Source of the DNA: Candidatus Eiseniibacteriota bacterium
GTDB lineage: Bacteria; Eisenbacteria; RBG-16-71-46; JABDJR01
DNA: 64,000 nt
Direction: 5' to 3'
Assembly (NCBI GenBank): GCA_963783375.1
Contig: CAWANH010000028.1
Coordinates: 1,536,001 to 1,600,000, forward strand
The position numbers were made by a program, and so were the translations under genes. Each line of letters starts with the position of its first letter. Position 1 is the stretch's first letter. A model generated the notes under the pieces. The model was not told the origin of the DNA. It was given only the letters and a program-made list of their open reading frames with translations, and did no database searches. Shown here piece by piece: positions 33,039 through 42,617 of this stretch.

Positions 33039-33890
33039 ATGAGTCGTTTCGGCGTTCAGGCGCTCCTCGCCGCCAACCGCTTCTTCCCCTCGCCCGCGCT
33101 CCCCGGGCTCCCCGGCGGGACCACCCACGCCGACTGGCAGTACGCGACCAGCGACTTTCTACTCGACCTGTGGAAGAACATCGGGGGGGACCCGCCCGCG
33201 TCGCTCCTCGACGTGGGCTGCGGAAGCGGTGGGCGCACGCATCGCCTGGCCGAGGCCACCCCGAGCCTCGGGCGGATCGTGGGGGCGGACCTCTCGACGG
33301 TCCATCTCCGGCGGGCGATGGACTACCACCGTTCCCAGGGATGGGAACGGATCGTCAAGGTGGCCGCCGACGCCGTCCGGCTGCCCTTTGCCGACGCCTC
33401 CTTCGACCGGGTGGTCTGCACGGATCTCCTCGAGCACGTGGGGAAGCCGAGGGAGATGCTCCGGGACTTCCGCCGGTGCCTCCGTCCGGGGGGGCGGTTC
33501 GTCCTGGTATTCAACCCCTGGGGATCGCCGCGGGGGAGCCACCTGTCCCAGGTGATCCGGCTCCCCTGGTGCCAGCTCCTGTTCGGACGGGGCACCCTGG
33601 AGGCGGCGGTGGTCGCCCAGTGCCGGCTCGACGCCGATCGTGCGTCGACCGCCGAGGACCGCGCCGCCGCGGAGGCGCTCTCCCGCGACATGGTGGAGTT
33701 CTTCCGGAACCACGTGCACACCACCCGGATCGCCGATTTCCGGAGGTGGGTGCGGGAGGACGGCGTCTGGGCGCTGGAGGCCGAGCGCTGCTACGGCCCG
33801 GGGCCGATCCGGGAGCGGGGTTGGCTTCGAAACCCCGTCGTCGAGGAGTGGCTCACCTCGAGCTACGGGGCGGTGCTTCGGCCGCTGTAG
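33039..33890 (+). CDS. Class I SAM-dependent methyltransferase
   Basis: LLDVGCGSG, LPFADASFD, DLLEHV, LRPGG, PWGSPRGSHL. Confidence 0.85.
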   Translation: MSRFGVQALLAANRFFPSPALPGLPGGTTHADWQYATSDFLLDLWKNIGGDPPASLLDVGCGSGGRTHRLAEATPSLGRIVGADLSTVHLRRAMDYHRSQGWERIVKVAADAVRLPFADASFDRVVCTDLLEHVGKPREMLRDFRRCLRPGGRFVLVFNPWGSPRGSHLSQVIRLPWCQLLFGRGTLEAAVVAQCRLDADRASTAEDRAAAEALSRDMVEFFRNHVHTTRIADFRRWVREDGVWALEAERCYGPGPIRERGWLRNPVVEEWLTSSYGAVLRPL

Positions 33891-34034
33891 GTCCCGGACC
33901 GGTGAGCCCGCGCCCCGCCGGCCCCGAACATGCCGGGGAGGGGCCCGGCGTGCGGACCCCTCCCCTTCCGTAGCACCCCCCAGGTCAACCCAGGAAGCGG
34001 ATAGAGTCGGTCAGTCGTCGATGCGGTGGACCGG

Positions 34035-34547
34035 TCAGCGAAGGACGATCGCGTCGGTGGAGACCAGATCCACGCCGTCGACCCGCCAGATGTGATACGG
34101 GCCGTTCGCGCCGCCGGTGGCCACGATCTGGTCGCCGTCGCCGAGGATGCGCAGGTTGCCCGCGATCGACGCCACCTGGTAGGACAGGGATTTCCCCGGC
34201 AGGTCGGTCACGTCGAACGAGGATCCGTTCACCGCCCGCACCTCCTGGGTGTACGTTTGGACGAGCTTGTCGCCGTTCACCTGGTCGGTGCGGTGATCGA
34301 TGAGCACGAGGGTCCGCACACCGTCCAGGCTGCCCAGGGCCGAGCGACTGACGTTGTAGTCGGTGCCGTCGAACGAGAACGCCGAGCTTCGCATCTCGGT
34401 CGTCGGGCCGGTGAATCCGGCGAGGCCGTCGATGGCGGTCACGCGAACGACCGCCACCTTTCCATCCGGGATGGCCGCCGCGGAGGCCGCCGGAGCAAGC
34501 CCCGCGACCACCACCAGAGCCGCCAGCGCGCACATTGCGAATTTCAT
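34035..34547 (-). CDS. Hypothetical exported beta-rich protein
   Basis: RBS GGAGGT, signal peptide ending ASA-A, strong GC3 bias; no family recognised. Confidence 0.7.
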   Translation of the reverse strand: MKFAMCALAALVVVAGLAPAASAAAIPDGKVAVVRVTAIDGLAGFTGPTTEMRSSAFSFDGTDYNVSRSALGSLDGVRTLVLIDHRTDQVNGDKLVQTYTQEVRAVNGSSFDVTDLPGKSLSYQVASIAGNLRILGDGDQIVATGGANGPYHIWRVDGVDLVSTDAIVLR

Positions 34548-34764
34548 GATGAGTTCCACCTCCGAAAAGGGTAGTCGGGAAGGGTTCTGCACGAATCATA
34601 GCACTCTAAGTTGTTGTCCTGCAATGGGTTAATTTACCCACCGGGATAATTTCCGGAAAGCCAACAAGTTGCGTGCAGTTTGCAAGGCGGCGATTCGGGG
34701 CGGTGGGCAAAATGCCCCACACGTCCTTCCCGGATCGGGGCCCTTCGCATCGCCCCTCGAGGCG

Positions 34765-36137
34765 TCAGCCGGCGATCCGGGCCGCTCGCACCGTGTCGGG
34801 TTGGGTCGCCCCGATCCAGAGCAGGGTGTCCACGCTCCCGCTCGGCCCGGAGACCGCGGTGAGGTGATACCAGAAGAGGGGAGAGAACCACGTGTCGGCG
34901 GTCTCGGGGATGAGCCGCGAGACCTTCCCCTCGTCCCCGCGGAGAACGAAACGGTCGTCCGCGAGCACGAGGGAGAACCCGAAGCCGTTGGGGAGCCGGT
35001 ACCGCCCTGCCGCCCGCCCGGCCAGGGCGCGGTCGAAGGCGTCGGGGCTGAACCCGGGGAAGGGGGGCGTGGGCAGGCCGAAGACGATCGCGGACACGCC
35101 GTCGGCGATGATCTGCTGAATCTGGGCGTCGTCGTTCATCAGGACCACCACGAAGACGTCGTCGTCCAGATAGTGGTTCAGGTCGGCGCTGTAGCCGGGG
35201 AGGCTGCCCCCGTAGAGCACCATGCGCCGCTCGAGGCGCTGGCGGACCGCGCCGATCTGGGCTTCGCTCGAGGTCAGGGCGCCGTGGACCAGCGCCCGGT
35301 TGAACCGGTGGAGATCCGTCGCCGTCGAGTAGAGGGATGCGCTCCCCGCGCGGGAGGCGAAGTCCACCGGAGGCGCCGGGATGGTCCCGGGGCCGTCGGG
35401 ATCGGGCATGAGCCCGACCGCCTGGCCGGAGACCCGCCCGGTCCGATTCTCGTCCCCGGTCCCGGTCATTCCCGCCGGCTCGAAGACGTGCCGCTGCAGG
35501 TAGGCGGCGTAGGGCATGCCCGAGACAATCTCCATCACCCGGGCCAGGAGGAGGAAGCCGGAGTCGCTGAACCGGGCCCGGCTCCCCGGCGAAAAGAGAA
35601 GCGGCTTTTCCCGGAGCCGGGCGATCAGGGAGTCGAGGTTCGGGGATCCGGGAGGGCTCCCGCCGGAGGAGGAATCGTCCAGGGGGGGGATGCCGCCCCG
35701 GTGGTTCAGCAGGTCGAACAGTCTGATCCGGTCGCCGTGGGGGTAGTCGGGGAGGTACTTGGAGAGGGGATCCCGGATGTTCAATCGCTGCTGCTCGGCG
35801 AGCTGGATCACCGCGAGGGTGATGAAGGCGTGGGTGGCCGAGCCGATGGGAAACCGGGTGTCGGGGGTGTTGGGGAGGTCCCCGGCCGCGTCGGCGGACC
35901 CGTACCCCTTGGCGAAGAGCACGGTGTCCCCCCGGGCGACCAGCACCACGCCGCTCATGGCGTTCAGGTTCACGTAGGGCTCGACGAAGGCGTCGATCCG
36001 GCCGGCGAGGTCGGACGAATTCGAGGCACGGCGGCGGGAGGCCCGGCGGCGCGGGCGGGGGCGGTTCCGGAGCACGCGGCCCCGAAGACGGCCAGGAACA
36101 ACGCGGCGAGGATGGGACTCAGCGGGTGGTTCGACAC
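34765..36137 (-). CDS. Serine hydrolase (beta-lactamase/AmpC-like) lipoprotein with degenerate catalytic motifs; frameshift at about 36040
   Basis: Lipobox GAAC in the first frame; SGVVLVARG, NTPDTRFPIGSATH, LLNHRGG, VFEPAGM, AGSASLYST. Confidence 0.8.
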
Positions 36138-36264
36138 GATTCGGCTTCTCTTCCTTCGGCTGGACGGGTTCGGTCGCCGCGGCGCCCGCGAGCCGGAGAA
36201 GATGATACGCGATCCCGGCGGATGTTCCCGCGCCGCCGCCCCGTCCCGCCCCCGCCCCCGGCGG

Positions 36265-37300
36265 TCAGAGAGACGGCAGCTCGTATCGCAGTGACGAGTG
36301 GGTGACCAGGCTGTTCCCCTCGCCGCGGCTCCCGTACTCGACCCCTCCGGTGAAGGTCAGCCAGACCCCGGCCCCGACCGCCATCTCGCCCCGCTTTCCA
36401 GCGTCCAGGTCGGCCGGATACCGTCCTCCAGTTCCCCCGGCCCCGGCCAGGAACTTGACCGTGCTGGTGCCGAAGTAGAGGCGGGACGAGAGGCTACCCT
36501 TACCACGGAAGACGTCCGATTCCGGGTTCGCTCCGCGCGCCCGTTCACACCGAGCAGAAACTGCCCGGATCCGCCGATGGGGAGTCCGAAGGTCCCCCAG
36601 GCGGCGTAGGACCGGGTGTGCAGGTTCGAGCCGGTGGAGTCGGCCGAGGCGGCGAGGACCGCGGCGGCGACCTCGAGCTTCTCCTGGTTCCAGCTCTGGT
36701 CCGAGTATTCCCGGATCGTAGCCTTCAAGGAATCCTGGAGCGCCTCGACTTCCGCCATGCCACCCGTGGGTATCTCGCCGATGGTGTCCGATCGTTGGGT
36801 CTGCCGACCTGGGGCGACAGCGCCAGCACCATCCGTTCAGCAAGCCGGGTGATGGCCTCTCTGTACTCCTCGCTGGCGCGGAGGTCCCCTCCGTCCCGGA
36901 GCGTGACCCGGATCCCGAGGGCGATCTGGGTGGCCGTGCTCGCACACCGGCCGGCGGGTGGCGAGGGAAACACGGGTCCGGTAGAGGGCCGGTCGCCTCA
37001 GGTACCTCTGGACGGTGAGGTGCCGGCCCCGATCAGGAGCCAGGGGAGACCTACACCACACGGTCGGGGGATAGAGAAGCGGTGGTGAGCTGGATCCTGG
37101 AGGCGATGGGGTCAGCGTTGAGAGAGGCGCAGGAGCTGATCGGGCTCCCGCCGATGAGAATGAAGGCGGGGGACTGGGCACCGCGAAGTCGCCGCGGATC
37201 CGGTAGGCCAGAACCGGCTTCCGCTCGTGCCGGCGGCGAGGGCCGGCGTTGACGGAACGGTCAGGGCAAGAATCGCGAGCATCAGCTGGAGCTTGCGCAT
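36265..37300 (-). pseudogene. Exported (probably outer-membrane) protein fragmented by many frameshifts; pseudogene or poor assembly
   Basis: Signal peptide MRKLQLMLAIL...ALA; coherent segments in alternating frames (DFAVP, SPAFILIGGSP, YRTRVSLAT, IALGIRVTL, WNQEKLEVAAA, ...SLRYELPSL). Confidence 0.55.
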
Positions 37301-37334
37301 GGGACCCCTCGACTCACCAGACGGCAGGAGACGT

Positions 37335-37672
37335 TCAGGGCGACGCTAGACTCGTCCGACCTCCCTCGAGGGACACCCGATCCAACTCGCGGCCGTCCTG
37401 TTTGACGATCAACGCCACGCTGTACTGATCGATCGGCGGGGTCAAGACCACCACGATGAGGGCCTGGACGATCCGCCGGTCGTTGACCCTGGCGGGCTGG
37501 GGCAGGGGGTACTCGTCGTCGGCGGGATTCAGGAAGTTTCGTGCTCCGGGAGGATCATCGTATTGTCTTCGGCCGCCCATAGCCGGAGCTCGTAGGCGCC
37601 TTCCTGAGCTTGGCCGCGGGTGACCTCGGCGGACATCCGGACGCCGGTCGGGGGGAAACGTATCTCCTTCAT
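37335..37672 (-). CDS. Hypothetical protein, frameshifted at about 37535
   Basis: RBS GGAGG + ATG MKEIRFPPTG...; continues NFLNPADDEYPLP...VKQDGRELDR in another frame. Confidence 0.5.
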
Positions 37673-37889
37673 GGGTCTACCTCCGAGGCTGGCGGGATGA
37701 TGTCCGGGGAAGTATCGGGAATTGCGCGGGATCAAAGATGTGCCGATACGATTTAGTACTGAAATGGATATATATTCCAGTTCCGGATCGGTGTCAATGG
37801 ATGCATAAGAGCGGAATCTCGCGTTGAATCGGCCGTCGGGGCGGGAAGCGTCGTGGAGCGGATCTGGGGCGGATCCGAGGCCGATGGGG

Positions 37890-40070
37890 TCAGGCGGCCC
37901 GGGCGTCCTCGGCGGATCCGGACCCGGTGAGGGAGCCGGAGCCCTCGCCGGCCTCCACGGTGAACGTCGTCTTGGCCATGTAGACCGGGCACCGCTCGCA
38001 CTCGGGCTGGGTGACCGCGGGGTCCTGGTGGGCCAGCTGGCGGAGGGACTCCCAGCAGCGGTGGCCACGCCCCTCGCGGTAGATCGCGCAATCCTCCCGG
38101 CCGGCGATCTCCGGGCGGCAGTCGCGGACGCAGTCGATCATCTCCCAGCACGGCTGGGCCTTGCGGGTGGGAAGGAAGATCCGGAAGGTCGCGCCCTCGC
38201 CCGGCTGCGACGAGACGTCGATCTTTCCCCCGTGGTCCTGGACGATCCCCTGGGTGATGGAGAGTCCGAGGCCGGTTCCCGCCCCTTCGGGTTTCGTGGT
38301 GAAGAACGAGTTGAAGATCTTGGGCAGGACGTCGGCGGGGATCCCCGGGCCGTCATCGGCCACCGACACCATGAGGTAGGTCCCCTTGCCGACCGCCCGG
38401 GTCTCCACCCGCAGGCGCCCACCGCCGCGTTCGCTCAGGGCATCCCGGGCGTTGGCCACCAGGTTGGTGAAGACCTGCTGAAGCTGGTTGGCGTCTCCGC
38501 GGACCCAGGGCGCGCCGCGGTCGAGGTTCACCTTCAGCTCGATGCCGCGCGAGCGGAGCTGCGCCCCCATGAGGAGGCCGGTGCGTTCCACGACGTCGTT
38601 CACGTCCACTTCCTTCAGCTCGAAGCTCGAGGCGCGGGCGAAGTCCTTGAGCCCCTGGACGATCGCCGTCATGTGGTCCACCGCCTGGATCACCATCTCC
38701 AGATGCCGGCGCGAGGCGGTGGCCCGCTTGGAAAGGCGGGACAGGACGAGCTGGGAAAAGCCCCGGATCGAGGTCAGGGGCTGTCGAAGCTCGTGGGCGA
38801 GCCCCGCCCCCAGCTCGCCGAACGCCGCCATCTTTCCCGCCTGGATGAGCTGGGCGTGCGCTTCGTGGAGGGCCTCGTTCACCTTTTCGGTTTCCTCCTT
38901 GGAGCGGCTGAGCTCGGCCACCGCTTCCTCCAGCTCGTGGCCCCGCGCCTCCAGCACCTCCTTGGAGCGCTCGAGACGCCGGCGCGATTCAGTGAGGTTT
39001 CCGGCCATGCGGTTGAAGGCATTCCCGAGAACGGCCATCTCGTCCCCGGTCCCGATGCGCACCCGCGCCGAGAGATCGCCGGAGCCCACCCGCCGGGTGA
39101 AGGCCACCAGCTCGCCCACCGGGTGGGTGATCTGGCGGGCGAAGAACCAGGAGAAGAGGAGCGCGATGAGGATCGCGGTGAGGGCGATCACGGCCAGCCC
39201 TTCGCGGATCTGGGAGAGGAAGGCCAGCGCTCGACCCTCGGAGCGAAGCACCACGAAGGCGCCGGGCATGGAGGCGTCGGGTCCGTGGAGGGGAACCCAG
39301 AGCGTCCGGTAGCGGGCGCGGTCGATCTTCACCATCGAGGTGCCGGCGTTTCGGATTCCCCGGCCGGTAAGCCCCTGCCACGCCTCGACCAGGGAGGCCT
39401 CGGCGTCGGCGGGCACCCCGCTGCTCCGGGCCAGGAGCCCCCGCTCTCCCACCAGGGCCACCGCGCTCCCCGACATCCTCTCCAGGTCGCCGGCCATTCG
39501 CGAGTCGAGGCTGGTCCCCAGACAGAGCGCACCCAGCTGCAGACCTCCCACCTCCACCGCGGTGGCGGTCACGTGGGTGAGCCCGCCGCTCAGGGCCACG
39601 ATGCCGTCGGCGTACTCCCGGTCCACCGCGCTCCGGGCCAGGGTGCTCACCGGGCGGAGGTCGTTGACCCCGCGATCCAGAGCGGGTCCCACCGCCACCA
39701 GCGGCGCCCCCCGGGTGTCGGTGAGCATGAGGAGATCGACGTCCACCCCCTCCAGGATCCGCCGGGCCATGTCGGTCACCGTGGCCAGGGCCTGTTTCTG
39801 GTCCTCGGGGGAGAGGGTGGGGTCGTAGACCGCGGCCGCGGCCTTGAAATAGGGGAGTTCCGAGACGAGGCGGCACCGCTCCAGGAGCTGGCTCCGCCGG
39901 TATTGCTGAAGCGCCTGGAATGCGGCGCGGGTGTGCTCCAGCCCCTCGTCCTCGTCCACCTGGACCTCGCGCACCACGGTGAGGTCCACCAGGAGCGACA
40001 TGACCAGGGCCAGGGCCGCCGCCCCCGCGCCCACGGTCAGGAAGAGCTTACGGCGTAGCGACCAGCGCAC
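37890..40070 (-). CDS. Membrane sensor histidine kinase (Cache-like periplasmic domain, HAMP, HisKA, HATPase) with C-terminal Cys-rich two-CW-like domain
   Basis: 2 TM, HAMP GDEMAVLGNAFNRM, H-box AHELRQPL, NLVANARDA, DDGPG, GTGLGL; tail CWEMIDC...CWE...CERCPVY. Confidence 0.93.
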   Translation of the reverse strand: MRWSLRRKLFLTVGAGAAALALVMSLLVDLTVVREVQVDEDEGLEHTRAAFQALQQYRRSQLLERCRLVSELPYFKAAAAVYDPTLSPEDQKQALATVTDMARRILEGVDVDLLMLTDTRGAPLVAVGPALDRGVNDLRPVSTLARSAVDREYADGIVALSGGLTHVTATAVEVGGLQLGALCLGTSLDSRMAGDLERMSGSAVALVGERGLLARSSGVPADAEASLVEAWQGLTGRGIRNAGTSMVKIDRARYRTLWVPLHGPDASMPGAFVVLRSEGRALAFLSQIREGLAVIALTAILIALLFSWFFARQITHPVGELVAFTRRVGSGDLSARVRIGTGDEMAVLGNAFNRMAGNLTESRRRLERSKEVLEARGHELEEAVAELSRSKEETEKVNEALHEAHAQLIQAGKMAAFGELGAGLAHELRQPLTSIRGFSQLVLSRLSKRATASRRHLEMVIQAVDHMTAIVQGLKDFARASSFELKEVDVNDVVERTGLLMGAQLRSRGIELKVNLDRGAPWVRGDANQLQQVFTNLVANARDALSERGGGRLRVETRAVGKGTYLMVSVADDGPGIPADVLPKIFNSFFTTKPEGAGTGLGLSITQGIVQDHGGKIDVSSQPGEGATFRIFLPTRKAQPCWEMIDCVRDCRPEIAGREDCAIYREGRGHRCWESLRQLAHQDPAVTQPECERCPVYMAKTTFTVEAGEGSGSLTGSGSAEDARAA

Positions 40071-40073
40071 GGC

Positions 40074-40350
40074 TCAGCGGCCTCCCAGGGAAGCGGTGAA
40101 CTCGACCGACCCGCTCGCGGGCACCTCGACCGCGCCCAGGCTCACCATGCGGTGAGCCCGTGGAACACGGGGTCGGAGTTCACGAACTTCACCGGGGTCC
40201 GGGAGGAGCGGCCCGATGGGTTGTTCGCATACCGTGCCTCCCGCCGGTCCGGGGCCGGGGCTGGAGGGGGTTCCGGCCGGCCCCGGATCGCTGCTACAGG
40301 ACCTCTTGGTTCCGATTTGTAATCGGACCGTCCGCGTTGCATCTTGAGAA
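40074..40350 (-). pseudogene. Possible remnant of an exported cupredoxin-like protein
   Basis: Fragments VKFVNSDPVFH and VEVPASGSVEFTASL in different frames directly upstream of the kinase; no clean start. Confidence 0.3.
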
Positions 40351-40515
40351 GTTTCGGGGGGTTGGCATGTTGCGGGCCCGGACGGGAGGGGCCCGGAGCG
40401 CCCTCCAGCTTGACTCCGGTTGGGGGGAGGCGTAGCCTTTATTCCTTGCCAACATAGGGTTGCCGGCCACCGGGCCGGGATCCCGGGAACCGGCGTCAAG
40501 TCGGTTCAAGACCGG

Positions 40516-40637
40516 ACCTTCGGGGCGGGGTGCAAGTCCCCACCGGCGGTGATAGCCCGCGAGCGAGGGGCCCATGGGCCCCGAGCAGGATCCCGTGGAA
40601 TTCGGGAGCCGACCGTATAGTCGGGATGAGAGAAGGG
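40516..40637 (+). ncRNA. FMN riboswitch (RFN element)
   Basis: CTTCGGGGCGGGGTGCAAGTCCCCACCGGCGGT...AGCCCGCGA...GATCCCGTGGAATTCGGGAGCCGACCGTATAGTCGGGATGAGAGAAGG upstream of ribD. Confidence 0.95.
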
Positions 40638-40684
40638 ACCGGGTGTCGTCGGGCGCCGTGCGCTCGGGGATGCCGCTTGCCCTG

Positions 40685-40720
40685 CCCCGAAGTCCTTCAC
40701 TGGATTCGGGGTTTTTGTTT
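40685..40720 (+). terminator. Intrinsic terminator of the FMN riboswitch expression platform
   Basis: CCCCGAAGTCC-TTCACT-GGATTCGGGG followed by TTTTTGTTT; its 5' arm CCCCGAAG is also complementary to aptamer CTTCGGGG (antiterminator). Confidence 0.8.
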
Positions 40721-40810
40721 GCCCACGGACGGGGGAGCGGGGCGAGTCGGGGGGACGGGGAGAAACCGGATGAACCGGATGCGATCGGACGAACCAGGGA
40801 CGGGAAGCCG

Positions 40811-41935
40811 TTGATCACCCCCGAGCGGGCGATGGCCCGCGCTCTCATTCTGGCCCGGAGCGGGATGGGCGGCACCCATCCCAATCCCCCCGTGGGCGCG
40901 GTCCTGGTGCGGGACGGGAAGGTGGTGGGGGAGGGCCGGCACCGTCGGGCCGGGGAGCCCCATGCCGAGGTCCTGGCCCTGCGGGCCGCGGGGGCCGGGG
41001 CGCGCGGCGCCGATCTGTTCGTGACCCTCTCGCCCTGCAACCACGAAGGAAGGACCCCGCCCTGCGTGCCGGCGATCATCGATGCGGGGGTGAAGACGGT
41101 GTACGTCGGCGCAACGGATCCGAACCCGCTATCCGGGGACGGGCCGGCCGCGCTCTCCGCCGCCGGGGTCGAGGTGCACGCGGGCCCCGGCCGAATACGC
41201 GCCGCCCATCTGGTCGCGGGGTTCGCGTCGACGGTGGAACGGAAGCGCCCGCGGATCATTCTCAAGGTGGCCACCTCCCTCGACGGGCGGATCGCCACCG
41301 CGGAGGGGGAATCGCGCTGGATCTCCTCGGGTGTGGCCCGCGCCTGGGTGCATCGCCGCCGCCGGGAGGCCGACGCCATTCTGGTCGGTTCGGGAACGGC
41401 GATAAAGGACAACCCGGCGCTCACCACCCGGTTCGTGAAGGGGCGCTCCCCGGACCGGTTCGTGCTGGACTCGCGGCTTCGCACTCCGGACTCCGCGCGG
41501 GTGTGGGCGGATGACGGAACCCGCCGGGTGGCGGTCGCCACCGAAGCCGCTCCGGTCGCGGCTCGGCGGGCGCTGGAGGCGAAGGGGGTAGAAGTGTGGA
41601 CGCTCCCCGCCGGCCCCGAGGGGCGGGTTTCGCTCCCGGCCATTGCCGCCCGGATGGGGAGCGAGGGATACACCACCCTTTTGGTGGAGGGCGGAGGCAC
41701 GGTGGCCGGGTCGTTCCTGGCCGCGCGGCTCGCCGATGTGGTCTGGATGGTGGTCTCCCGGCAGCTCCTGTTGGGCGGGGGCGGACCGGGCTGGACCGAA
41801 GGGCTCCGGGTTACCGGGGTGGCGCGGGCGGTGCGGGTGGCGCGAACCGGGATCCGTTCTCTCGGGGCCGACTGGCTGGTGACCGCGGTCCCCGAGGCCG
41901 CCCAGTGGTGGGACCCGGGTCCTTGTGATCGATAG
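40811..41935 (+). CDS. ribD: Bifunctional pyrimidine deaminase/reductase RibD
   Basis: PNPPVG, PHAE, TLSPCNHEGRTPPC, SLDGRIA, DNPAL, VEGG; start at TTG 40811 or ATG 40832. Confidence 0.95.
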   Translation: MITPERAMARALILARSGMGGTHPNPPVGAVLVRDGKVVGEGRHRRAGEPHAEVLALRAAGAGARGADLFVTLSPCNHEGRTPPCVPAIIDAGVKTVYVGATDPNPLSGDGPAALSAAGVEVHAGPGRIRAAHLVAGFASTVERKRPRIILKVATSLDGRIATAEGESRWISSGVARAWVHRRRREADAILVGSGTAIKDNPALTTRFVKGRSPDRFVLDSRLRTPDSARVWADDGTRRVAVATEAAPVAARRALEAKGVEVWTLPAGPEGRVSLPAIAARMGSEGYTTLLVEGGGTVAGSFLAARLADVVWMVVSRQLLLGGGGPGWTEGLRVTGVARAVRVARTGIRSLGADWLVTAVPEAAQWWDPGPCDR

Positions 41936-41975
41936 CGGGATCGGGAGCGTCGGCGGCGGCGCCCGGAGGAACGAC

Positions 41976-42617
41976 ATGTTCAGCGGGATCATCGAAGGCA
42001 CGGGACGAGTGGTGCGGGCGGAGCGCCGCGCCGGAGGCGTGAAACTCACCCTTCAGGTCCCGGAGTCGCTCCGGGACCTCCCGCCGGGGTCGAGCGTGGC
42101 GGTGAGCGGCACCTGCCTCACGGTGACCGAGGCCTCGGGCGGGACCCTGAGCTTCGACGCGGTGGGCGCCACCCTGAAGCGGACGCTGCTCGGCGGCGTG
42201 GCGGTAGGGGACCGGCTGAACCTGGAGCGGAGCCTGTGCCTGGGAGCCCCGGTGGACGGCCACCTGGTCACCGGGCACGTGGACGGCCTGGGCACGGTGG
42301 CCGCGCGCCGCCCCGGGGAGGGTGCGGTGTACTTCGACATCCGGGCGCCGGAGGATCTGGCCGGGCAGATCGCCCCGCGGGGGTCGGTGGCGGTGGACGG
42401 GGTGAGCCTCACCGTGGCCGAGACCCGGGGAACGACGTTCACGGTCTCGATCGTTCCCTACACCCTGGAGCACACCGTGATGGGCGACTACCGGCCGGGC
42501 CGGAAGGTGCATCTGGAGACCGACGTATTGGCCAAGTATGTGCAGAGGGCGTTGAGCGCGGACGGGAGCCGTGAGGGCCTCGCCGCCTGGTTCGCGGAAA
42601 CGGAGATCCAACCATGA
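41976..42617 (+). CDS. ribE: Riboflavin synthase
   Basis: MFSGIIE N-terminus, GTCLTV, NLERS, GHLVTGHVDG, DGVSLTV. Confidence 0.96.
   Translation: MFSGIIEGTGRVVRAERRAGGVKLTLQVPESLRDLPPGSSVAVSGTCLTVTEASGGTLSFDAVGATLKRTLLGGVAVGDRLNLERSLCLGAPVDGHLVTGHVDGLGTVAARRPGEGAVYFDIRAPEDLAGQIAPRGSVAVDGVSLTVAETRGTTFTVSIVPYTLEHTVMGDYRPGRKVHLETDVLAKYVQRALSADGSREGLAAWFAETEIQP

Noticed and set aside
40361-40378. Sigma-54 promoter (TTGGCATGTTGCGGGC)
   Set aside because: The GG-N10-GC spacing fits but the -12 element lacks TTGC, which is too weak to call.
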